Positions 18,252 through 27,300 of a DNA stretch of 34,514 bases are shown here, piece after piece. How positions within the stretch are numbered: the first letter of the stretch is position 1; each line of letters begins with the position of its first letter. The notes beneath the pieces are model-generated. The model searched no databases. It saw only the letters and a program-made list of their open reading frames with translations, and was not told where the DNA came from. The DNA comes from Myxococcota bacterium (lineage in GTDB: Bacteria > UBA10199 > JACPAL01 > GCA-016699445): contig JBPOJN010000056.1 of assembly GCA_052033505.1 (NCBI GenBank), positions 1-34,514 of the forward strand. The letters are read 5' to 3'. A program made the translations under genes and the position numbers.

Positions 18252-19254
18252 GGTCGTCTGCCAGTCTCTGGTCCGCGAGCTTCCTTTTCAAAACGTCAGC
18301 GATGCGGAGACCGTCATTCAAGGAATCGCGATCTCGGGGGGGACGGATCCCGCGGGTAATTTTTCTTTTAACGGCATCACGATCAACGGGCAGTTCACGC
18401 CCAGCATTTCCGGAGCCCTGCAGGACATTCATATTCCGGCCGGAAAAGACTACTCTTTGAGAGTTACGTATACCCCGAAGACCGTGGACGCGGACAAAAC
18501 TCCGCAAAATGCGGTCTTGGACATTTCTTATTCCGCCCCTCAGCCGGGCATCGTTCAGGTGGCTTTGCAAGGGCTTCCCGACGGCGCGGTGAACACGTCC
18601 TGCGGCGGAGGAGGGGATGGCGGGCCTGTTTCTCTGGACGGTCCTGCGACGATGAACGTGACTTTGATGATTACGGCGACGTCGGCGATTGCGGCTCCGA
18701 TCAATACAAATCAGGGCAAGAGTCCTTTTACCCCTATCGACTTGGATTTGACTTTCAACAAAACCGCAAAGACCGTCAGCATTGCTGCTTACAATGATGA
18801 TGAGTTCATTTTGCATGCTCCGCTGGATAGCGTTCCCGGCATTGGCGGTATCATCAAGGGGGATACGTACATTACGATTCCGCAGGCGGGATCGGGCACT
18901 TATGATCCGGACACCGGCGACATCGCCATCTCCAATCTTTTGATTCATATGGACGGAGCTCAGGATTTTGCCGCGGATCTAACTCTCACTCTCACGACAA
19001 AACGCATTGCGGTCAGTTCTGTTTCTCCTAAAGTCAATCGACAAGCTCTCCAGAGCTTCGGTGATCCCGTCCAATGGGATTCGACCGCGAATGAAATCTT
19101 CGGATCTCCCATTTCTTCGGAAGATGGTCACATTATCTTGGTCGGATTGACGAAAATGGAAAACGTGGTGGTAAAGCCCGGAGCTCGTAGTGAGCTGCAG
19201 AACCTGCCCACGGCCAGCATGGCCGTTCTGATCGAAGGCATAATAGAACAATAA
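18103..19254 (+). CDS. Putative lipoprotein of unknown function (about 383 aa)
   Basis: N-terminus MRGLMTEKKSSRFLTRLGFSLLSVFLIFSGCFG has a lipobox-like IFSGC. Gly/Thr/Asp-rich beta-type sequence. The ORF track start 18091 is also possible. Confidence 0.55.
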   Translation: MRGLMTEKKSSRFLTRLGFSLLSVFLIFSGCFGQGKDQLSGMWSANFSSTVVCQSLVRELPFQNVSDAETVIQGIAISGGTDPAGNFSFNGITINGQFTPSISGALQDIHIPAGKDYSLRVTYTPKTVDADKTPQNAVLDISYSAPQPGIVQVALQGLPDGAVNTSCGGGGDGGPVSLDGPATMNVTLMITATSAIAAPINTNQGKSPFTPIDLDLTFNKTAKTVSIAAYNDDEFILHAPLDSVPGIGGIIKGDTYITIPQAGSGTYDPDTGDIAISNLLIHMDGAQDFAADLTLTLTTKRIAVSSVSPKVNRQALQSFGDPVQWDSTANEIFGSPISSEDGHIILVGLTKMENVVVKPGARSELQNLPTASMAVLIEGIIEQ

Positions 19255-19364
19255 GTGCGCTTTTTTTCAGTTTCGCCCAAGTCTTAGGCAACTTTCTTCT
19301 CGGATGCGCGATAAGTGATCAGACAAGCGGAGAGGTCTCTCAAAAATCCGCGTGGGAGGAAGTC

Positions 19365-22300
19365 TTGAACACATTGCGTCAAACCATCCTTGCTCTTCTG
19401 ACCATCACTTCTCTCTTCAGTATGACCGCATGCGGCGTCGGCGGCGATGACCTGCCTTTTATTTTCGGAGACGGTTCGACCAACGGCGGGAATGGAGGTA
19501 ACAACCCCTCGACGTCGAGTTGTACGACGACCGGCTGTCCGAGCGGTAAGACATGTGATGCGCAATCTGGGCAGTGCGTCGCGTCGCAGACGCCGGCGTG
19601 TACGCAGGATTCGGATTGTTCTTCCGGCCAAACTTGTACGGTCTCCACCGGCGTTTGCAGTACGCCGTCTCCCTCCGGCTGTACAAGCGATGCGAGTTGT
19701 CCTTCCGGTCAAGTGTGTACAGTCTCCACGGGCCAATGCGGTTTGCCTGGTGCTTGCGAAGAAGATTTCAATGCCTCTCTTGTCCTTAAGATCGACGATA
19801 ATTTTTCCAGCGGACGTTTCGACAGCCCTCCTAAATGTTGCGCCTACGCGGATGCGGACGGCGGATCTTTATGTCCCGCATCGGTTTCCGAAGGATTTCT
19901 TCAAACGCCCTCCGAAAACTCTGACCTTTATTGTTGCGGTTCCGACAGCGGCGCGGACGTGCCGGGCCACCCCGTTCTCGTTTGCGATACGGAAGATCGT
20001 CCCGGGGGAACAGCGGAACTCGCGGCGACGCGTTGGGCCCCGCAAAACGGCGGCAAGATCCGCCTGAAATTCGCGATCAGCGGCAGCAGCTGCCAGGTCT
20101 CGATGGTGCGTGATTTGTTTCCCGAGTATCGTTTGGAAAATTCCGCTCTCGATGCGTCCCTGATTATCGACGCCGGTAAAAAGTATAATGACTTCCCGAA
20201 ATTTCCCGCAAGTTCGCGCGATCTCAATCCCGACGAAATCGTGGCCCCGTGTGCGGTGACCCAGTCGGGAGGCAACGTCCAAGTCGCGATTCCCTCTCTT
20301 CCTTTAAGGTTTTTCGTGCAGCTTTATAAAAATTATAAAAAATGCGTGGAAGTCGACGACGGTGGTTCTTCGTGCCCCAGTGCGCCTTTCGCGGAAAGAT
20401 TTTTGGGGGACACCGAAGGATCTTTCCAGATCATTCCGGGTTTCAGCGGACAGGCTTTGAATCTCACGACGGTTTCTTCTTCCATCGCAGCCGTCAATCC
20501 CGCGAATCAATCGGGCGCGTTGAACACACAAGGCGCCGTGCTGCAGTACAATACCACGACGCAAAAAACGACTTTGAGCTTGGTGACGTCCTTCTCTTTG
20601 CCGCCTCTCGATACATCGCGTGATGACGACGCGGGTACGGGTCAGTTGTTGGCTGAGCTGGGCGAAGCGATTCTGACCGCCGAATTGAGCGGTAACGTCA
20701 CCAAGGGCAACGGCCAAGCCATTCAGACCCTGGCCGATCTCACGACGGATTGCGGGACCGGCAGCAACCCGGGCACCGGCAATCGTCTCGAGGTTTCTGT
20801 CAAAACGAATTTTAATTCTTTAGAGGATACGCTGACGGTCACCGGCGACGCAGCGAACGCTTCGAGTCCGTTTACGGCCGAGGCTTGTATCCCGACCCGC
20901 CATCAGGGAAGCGCCTGCGATTTCTCCAACCCGGCTCTGCTACCTTTCGCGAAAGACGTCGCCGCGGGCGACCCGGCGACGGGCACCGAAGCTAAATTCA
21001 CGCGCGAAGGGACGATTACGGTCCAAAGCGGCAGCGGTTCCACGGCGAATGTGACGCTGCAAGTACCCGAAAGAGTCGGTGCGTTCCATATTCTGAATTC
21101 CGCCAGTCTGCAAAACATCACCTTGGCCTCCGGAAATTCCGCGACGCTTCAAGTCCGGTTCGAACCGGAAACGAACGCCAGCGGATGCTCGACGTCCGGT
21201 GGTGTCGTGAGCTGTCAGGCAAGTTTATCACTGTCGTCCTCGCACTCCGTGACCGTGACGTTGAAAGGCCAGGCAAAAGTTCCCGCGGCTGAGATGGCGC
21301 TCGCGGAGATCGCGACGGCGACGCCTTTCGCCACGACCTCGACGCTACTGCCGGCCTCGGCGACGCCGACGGTCGACTTCGGCGAGACGCTTCTGCGCCT
21401 TCAAACCAAGACCAAACTTTATCGTATTTCCAATACCGGCGTGCGTCCTTTGAGCGTGTCCGACATCCGGTCTCAAGACATCCAGGCGAATTTCCGCGTG
21501 GGTTCGATCTATAAAGGACCGGATTTTGAGCATCGCGTTTGGGCCGTCGGACAAAATCCCTGGGCCGTGGCCGCGAACGGTTCCAGCGATCTCTTCTTCT
21601 TCCTGAACTACGGACCTTTCGGAAAATCTCCGAGCGGCAGCACGCGCCAGGATGCAGCCTTGCTGACGATCAATACGACTTCCGGTAACGCCGCCTTGAA
21701 TCTCACGGGCACGGCGAAGAACGACACGCGTGCCACGCTTGCGCTGTACGTCGAAGACGCGAATCGCTATCTAATCACAGGGGATTCCGATGCGGATCTT
21801 TTGAATGTCGTCGAAGGCACGGAGACCAAGCGTCTCTACGTCGCGCGCGATCTGCTCTGGAGTTTCCGCCAAGATAATACGCCGCGTGCGGTCTATCTCG
21901 TGAATGCGGGCGAAGCTGCCGGCATCGATGATCTGGCCGTTCAAAGACTCGCGTTCACCGCGGATGCGGCGGGCAAGATCACGTTTACGCCGGATACGGG
22001 CGCTACGGTGACGGGCTGCTTGGCGGCTTTGGATACGGCCACCACGGCGTGTACGAGCTTGGCGTCTACGGGAGACGCGTCGCGATTGAAGCTCGGTACG
22101 CTGACCTTTGCGGCGTCCAGCACCGGAACGTACGCCGTCTCTTCGGGTAATTTCCTGGTTAAGGCCTTGTCGCAACCGACTGCGGGCCGCGAAGGCACGC
22201 CTCCGAAAGTCAAAGGCGTCCTCGAAAACACGAATGCGATCGTTAACTATGCGCTGAAAGGCGCGAACGGAGCCCCGAGCGGGACGTTCGACCTGAAGAT

Positions 22301-23333
22301 CCATCGCCTCATGGCGGGCTTCAGCAATAAGATCAATCAAGGCCTGCAGGATTCCCTGATCACGTCGACGTCGACGAAGGGGATTCTGACGCGGTTTAAT
22401 TCGACCTCCGCTCCCGACGTGAACATCGAGCAGACCAAAGACGTCTTCACGCTCCGCGACGGCATCTCGCTCGATCCCGTGACTGGCGCCGCGGTCTTGA
22501 AGAGAATCGTGTCCGCGGTCGACGCCGACATGAACAACCCCGCAAGCCCGTCGTCTCCGAGCTTCCAAGGCCTGCGTCTTTATAACGCCTTCGGTTCGAG
22601 CCCGAGCCAGACGGAATATTTCGCGGAATGTAAGACCTCCAGCAGCAGCCCGAAATGCGCTTTCTTCTATCTCTTCATCGGTGACTGGACGACGTCTTTG
22701 ACTTCTTCCACATGCAACGGTTCCCCGAAAGTGCCCGCGATCGCGAATTACGCCGGCAACCAAGCGCAACGCGACGCCCTCTTCGCGACCGTCATGAAGC
22801 CCGACGTGCCGGCGGAGTTTGCCTGCCTCTCGGGTGCGGATGGATTCAAGGACAAGAAGGGTATCTTCGACCCCGTCACCGGCGAGCTGACTTTCCGTGA
22901 TCTCGTGGTGCGCCTCTATGCGCCGAAAGTTCCAGCGCTGAGTAATCAAGACGTCGATGCGACGTTGCGACTGAATCTCACCACGCGCTGCGTGACGACG
23001 AGCGAAGTGCCGGATCCCGCAGCCCGCGAGAAGACGGCCGTCGAAAGCCGCGTCCTCACGGATAATGCCTTCGATACATTCCTGATGGGCGCGAATCCGA
23101 TGGCGCCCTTCGTCGATCAAACCGGTACCGTGTGCGGAGCGGAACGCACGCTGCATGGGCGCCCCATGTTCGCCGAAGACACGACAGGTACTTTGGATAA
23201 CGACTCCGATTCGGATGACTTGAATTTCGAAGGCATGGATTTGGCGGGTGTCGGCCGGAACGTCGCCAGCTCCACGCAGGTCGCGCCGGCGAACATGTAC
23301 ATCGTCATCAAAGCCGAAGTTGGGGATTTCTAG
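19365..23333 (+). CDS. Giant (1322 aa) surface lipoprotein with N-terminal tandem Cys-rich repeats
   Basis: TTG start preceded by GGGAGG. Signal/lipobox ILALLTITSLFSMTAC. Four repeats of C-x4-C-x-SGQ-x-C-TVSTG-x-C. Long Ser/Thr/Ala/Gly-rich beta-type remainder. Confidence 0.7.
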   Translation: MNTLRQTILALLTITSLFSMTACGVGGDDLPFIFGDGSTNGGNGGNNPSTSSCTTTGCPSGKTCDAQSGQCVASQTPACTQDSDCSSGQTCTVSTGVCSTPSPSGCTSDASCPSGQVCTVSTGQCGLPGACEEDFNASLVLKIDDNFSSGRFDSPPKCCAYADADGGSLCPASVSEGFLQTPSENSDLYCCGSDSGADVPGHPVLVCDTEDRPGGTAELAATRWAPQNGGKIRLKFAISGSSCQVSMVRDLFPEYRLENSALDASLIIDAGKKYNDFPKFPASSRDLNPDEIVAPCAVTQSGGNVQVAIPSLPLRFFVQLYKNYKKCVEVDDGGSSCPSAPFAERFLGDTEGSFQIIPGFSGQALNLTTVSSSIAAVNPANQSGALNTQGAVLQYNTTTQKTTLSLVTSFSLPPLDTSRDDDAGTGQLLAELGEAILTAELSGNVTKGNGQAIQTLADLTTDCGTGSNPGTGNRLEVSVKTNFNSLEDTLTVTGDAANASSPFTAEACIPTRHQGSACDFSNPALLPFAKDVAAGDPATGTEAKFTREGTITVQSGSGSTANVTLQVPERVGAFHILNSASLQNITLASGNSATLQVRFEPETNASGCSTSGGVVSCQASLSLSSSHSVTVTLKGQAKVPAAEMALAEIATATPFATTSTLLPASATPTVDFGETLLRLQTKTKLYRISNTGVRPLSVSDIRSQDIQANFRVGSIYKGPDFEHRVWAVGQNPWAVAANGSSDLFFFLNYGPFGKSPSGSTRQDAALLTINTTSGNAALNLTGTAKNDTRATLALYVEDANRYLITGDSDADLLNVVEGTETKRLYVARDLLWSFRQDNTPRAVYLVNAGEAAGIDDLAVQRLAFTADAAGKITFTPDTGATVTGCLAALDTATTACTSLASTGDASRLKLGTLTFAASSTGTYAVSSGNFLVKALSQPTAGREGTPPKVKGVLENTNAIVNYALKGANGAPSGTFDLKIHRLMAGFSNKINQGLQDSLITSTSTKGILTRFNSTSAPDVNIEQTKDVFTLRDGISLDPVTGAAVLKRIVSAVDADMNNPASPSSPSFQGLRLYNAFGSSPSQTEYFAECKTSSSSPKCAFFYLFIGDWTTSLTSSTCNGSPKVPAIANYAGNQAQRDALFATVMKPDVPAEFACLSGADGFKDKKGIFDPVTGELTFRDLVVRLYAPKVPALSNQDVDATLRLNLTTRCVTTSEVPDPAAREKTAVESRVLTDNAFDTFLMGANPMAPFVDQTGTVCGAERTLHGRPMFAEDTTGTLDNDSDSDDLNFEGMDLAGVGRNVASSTQVAPANMYIVIKAEVGDF
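19520..19757 (+). repeat. Tandem degenerate approx 69-75 nt coding repeats specifying Cys-rich modules (CxxxxCxSGQxCTVSTGxC)
   Basis: Repeated units are visible at both nucleotide level (acttgtacggtctccaccggcgtttgcag versus gtgtgtacagtctccacgggccaatgcgg) and protein level (aa 53-131 of the 1322-aa protein). Confidence 0.6.
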
Positions 23334-23341
23334 GAGAATTT

Positions 23342-24046
23342 ATGCCTGACGTTAAACCGACAAAGGTGCAGGACTGCGGCGACGGACGGGGCTATGCCTC
23401 CTTCAAGGACGACGAAGGCATACTGCGCACCGTTCCTGTGGACGCGAATGAGAAAGACGGAACTCCGGAGACGCGCATTTTCGTCGAAGGATCCTGGAAA
23501 CCCGCTGGAGACCGATTCGAGGGATTCGCCCAGGATCCGGTCGATCCGCGGTTTGCGAATAGGAATTTGAAGCTGAATTGCTCCAAAACCGTCGAAGCCG
23601 GAACTTCTGCGGCGTCGTCGAAGACGAAGCCGTCCGGATCCGGTGAAAAATCCGGTCTGAGACTGCGCACTAAAATCATTACGGGTATTCTTTTCACCGC
23701 CGGCGTTGGTGGTTCTTATGCCACGAATAAAATAGCCCTGGGTCCCTTGGATATCGCTTCGACAAATCCGGGTAACCTAGGCTTAGGGTTAAACGCCGCG
23801 AACGCCGCTCTGGATGCTTTAGGGACGATCAACTACGTCGCCGTGGAACCGCAGCTCAGTTCGGGACAGGCTTTGGCTTTAGACGGTACTATGGCCGCTG
23901 TTTCGGCGGGATTTTTGGTGTATGCGGGTTCGACCGATCGCAGCGGAGATTCTGAATTTCGGACGGGTTTCAGCCTGGCGCCGACGTGCTCGCCGCCCGG
24001 GCCCATCGTCATTTGGGACGCAAGTGGGGAAGCGCCTTGCAGCTGA
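23342..24046 (+). CDS. Gly/Ala-rich membrane protein, 5' portion (possible frameshifted gene)
   Basis: RBS GGAG 23332-23335. Hydrophobic segments ITGILFTAGVGGSYA and AAVSAGFLVYAG. Ends 60 nt inside the start of an overlapping ORF in the +2 frame. Confidence 0.45.
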   Translation: MPDVKPTKVQDCGDGRGYASFKDDEGILRTVPVDANEKDGTPETRIFVEGSWKPAGDRFEGFAQDPVDPRFANRNLKLNCSKTVEAGTSAASSKTKPSGSGEKSGLRLRTKIITGILFTAGVGGSYATNKIALGPLDIASTNPGNLGLGLNAANAALDALGTINYVAVEPQLSSGQALALDGTMAAVSAGFLVYAGSTDRSGDSEFRTGFSLAPTCSPPGPIVIWDASGEAPCS

Positions 24047-24354
24047 CCGCAGGCGCGGGTTTGGTCGCGGGCGGTATTTTACTGGGAAACAAGAACACCG
24101 CGGTTTCGGAAGACGATCCGGGGGCCTATGAAGATCCCGGCATGGCCGGCGCGCGCGATCTCGACGTTTCGTCCCCTAAGTTTTTGAACCGCGGCAGCAC
24201 GATGATCGGCATCGGCGCCGCTCATGTACTGACCGGGTTGATCTTCGGCGCGCGCGCCGTCTTCAACAATGACTCTTCCTCTTCGCATACGCCTTCCGTT
24301 TCGATTTCACCGAAAAACGGGGGGGGCGTCGTCTCATGGAGCGGACAATTTTAA
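23986..24354 (+). CDS. Membrane protein, 3' portion (continuation in another frame), or a separate small membrane protein
   Basis: Hydrophobic helices LQLTAGAGLVAGGILLG and MIGIGAAHVLTGLIFGARAVF. Contains a G8 homopolymer (24319-24326) near its 3' end. Its stop lies inside the RBS of the next gene. Confidence 0.4.
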   Translation: MLAARAHRHLGRKWGSALQLTAGAGLVAGGILLGNKNTAVSEDDPGAYEDPGMAGARDLDVSSPKFLNRGSTMIGIGAAHVLTGLIFGARAVFNNDSSSSHTPSVSISPKNGGGVVSWSGQF

Positions 24355-24362
24355 GGAGAACC

Positions 24363-27300
24363 ATGAAAACACTTGGTTCAAGAATTCTTGCGGTTGCGAT
24401 CACGATGTCGGTTTTCGCCCCTGCGTCCCAGGCCTTGGCGGCGTTGAGCTGTCCCGCCCCGAATCATCAGCCTCTGGGAACGGCTTGGTGCGACGCCGAT
24501 CCGACGCGGTATAAAAGCGATCTTCTGTGTCTGGCCGAGCCTGTCGAAGGGCCGGCGTCTTCTTCCATCGATCAGGACGTGGTCGGCGGCGGTGTGTGTG
24601 TCTTGGGTAAATTCAAATCGTCCGCGGACGTGACGCGTCTCGCGGACTTCGTCATTTCTTACGATTTTCCCGCGGATCCTTTGATGGGTCCTTCGGGCGT
24701 CGTGATTCCGGATTTAAGCGCGGTCACGTCGACCGCTGAATTTTTGACGAACGTGCCGCTCGCCGAAGAAGGCGTTTATGACCTCTCAATCCAGGCTTTA
24801 GCTTTGAGCGACACGGGCAGTCTGCAGCAGGTGCGTTTCGACCGCCGCGTGGTTCGCGTTTCCGTACCGCATCTGACGGTCACGAACGTGCGCACGGGCG
24901 GATCCACGGCGGATTGCTCGACCGCAGATCCGACGTGTTTCGGCGTGAGCGCCGTGCCGGGCGACAGTGACGGCGACGGTATTTGCGACGAAGCTCCCGC
25001 GATCCCGGGGCTTTGCACGGCGGGACCCGACTTGGTCGACGACAACGGCGCCGCCGCGAATCCGCACGTCGTGCGCGTCGCGCAGCCCAGCTCCGCGGCC
25101 CGTTCCTTAGAACTTTGCATCAATTCTCACGACGACGAACCGCCCGCAGGCAGCTCCATCCTCGTGCGCGCGATCAATACGATCAAAGACGAGAGCGTCG
25201 CTCCGTTGCGCGAAATCATGGTCGAATCCACGTGCGCCAATCCCGGTTCCGACATCTGCCAGGCGTCCAGCGATAACTTCTGTCCGGGCGGATACAAGGT
25301 CAACGTGCCCTTGGGCCACGGTGAAAATAACATCGAACTTTACGTGAACAATCTCGTGACCGGTTACGACATCGGCGCGGCGCAAAACATTCAAGTCATG
25401 CCGTTCGACATGGACCTCAAAGGTCCCGATCTCTGCGTGAACGTCCTGAACGAAGCCGGCGTCGTGATCCCGAACGTGGACGGCCGCAGCCTGCTCGCGA
25501 ACGATGCCCAGAGCGCGACGATCGACGTCACCCTCGGAAAATGCGGTCAAACGCCCGAAGAGATTTCCGCGAATTCCCCCGAGCCTTGTGATCCTGCGAC
25601 GTCTCCCGCTTGCGCGAATTCCGCGGTTTGCTTGCAGGCGAACAACGCCCAGGACAGCGAAGGTGCGCCTCAGTTCGTCGCCATGTGCGAGAGGACCGTC
25701 GGCGGTCAGACGCATTATCAGGCGAAATTCCCCGAACTCCGTTTCCCCATCAATACGGCCTTGATCACGGCCGGTGACGACGCGGGCAACCGCTCGGTCG
25801 AGACGCACGCGTTCGGTTACGGCAATATCCGTCCCGTTTTCACTCAAGGCCAGTTGGACGTGCGCAAGGCCATGGTCGATTCCGGAGTCGCGGGATTCGT
25901 GAAGGAAAGCTTCGTCAAGAACGAAGTCTTGCCGCTGATCTTGAAAGTCGCGAACTCGAATAAGTTCCTCAACCAAATGTTCTTCAAACTTTTGGATCCG
26001 CATCAGCCGGGCGACGACGAGATCGCGTGCCTGCGCTCGATCGAAAACGAGACGAATTGCAATTACAATCACTTTACGAACCGTAACCGCACCGTGGCGA
26101 TCAAGACCTTCTGCGACGGTGATTGCACGGACGAGATCGGATCGATCGAAATTCCGACCTTAACCTTCCTCGACCAGAACCGCCTGCGCCTGCAATTGAA
26201 GGTCAACGGTTTCCGCGGCCGCGCCGAGATGTACACGATGCAGTTCATCGATTCCGACAACGACGGCGTGGTCGACACCGAGGACGACGACGCGGACAAC
26301 GATGGTATTTGCGACCGCCAGATTCCCGCGATCGGAAAATGCGAAGACGAAAACCACGACGGCGTCTGCGACAAGGAAATTTCCCTGAATGGATCCCTGG
26401 GAGAAGGCTTGAACGCCGCTTCCCCGAAATGCGTGCTCGATAAATCCGTCGCGCGCGCCTCTTGTCCCGATATCGACGCTGATGACCGCTATTTCGGCTG
26501 CCAGGACTTGGACGATGACAACGACGGCGTGGCGGACGCTCACGACTTGCCGGGACGTTTGGTCCAGGATCCGGATTTCAACATCCACGTGATCCCCTTG
26601 AAGTTCACGATGAAGACTCTGACGTTGAACTTGGATGCTTCGTTCGAAAAAACGCCGGACGGACGTTTGCATGTCCAGATCACGAACACACCGGGCCAAC
26701 CGCTTCTGAAGACGGAAAACGACCGTCGGTTCCCGATCGAGTTCGATTGCGGAAAAGACATTTCGGAAATTTACCAGGGTGGCTCGGCTCAAGACGTGGG
26801 CAATGGACAGAACTGGCGCATCTGGCGCGAACGTGAAGCTTGTTTAGGCCTGGAAGCTTTGAATCCGACCGCGGATCAGGCTTTGTTCGGTGACAAAGAC
26901 CGGAAGATGCAAAGCACCCGCAAACAGCTCCAATGCACCGTCGATGCGCTCGCGCGCTGCAGTATCCCGCGCCGTCTCGATGCGACGTTGGAACGTTTCG
27001 AGGAAAACAAAGTCGCTCCGCTCTCAGTCGAACTTTTGAACAAGCGCTTCCATATGGATTTCTTTGCGCCTTTGGGTTCGGCGGACGTGACGGTCGATCC
27101 TCGCGGATTGGGTTTCCGCGGCAAGGGACTCTTGGTCCCGGCGGGCGTGTCAGGAGCCGACGACGAAGCCGAACGCGACGGTAAAACGTTCGTGAATGCC
27201 TTACCCGCGGAATTGAAGACGCATCAATTCGGTCCGCTCTCGCAGGACTTCGACCAGGCGGCCGTCGATCCGATTTCCTTGGCCTTCGAAATGGGCCAGG

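Noticed and set aside
19255-19270. Possible intrinsic terminator at the T7 run after the 18103 lipoprotein gene
   Set aside because: No GC-rich stem precedes the gtgcgcttttttt run, so it does not meet the hairpin-plus-U-tract criterion.
21771-23156. 461-aa minus-strand ORF inside the 1322-aa gene
   Set aside because: Extremely Arg-rich (RRRRDQ, RRKRDLARR) antisense artefact. The plus frame has a signal peptide and coherent repeats.
25107-26072. 321-aa minus-strand ORF inside the 1402-aa gene
   Set aside because: Antisense to the frame carrying the signal peptide and DxDxDG repeats; composition artefact.
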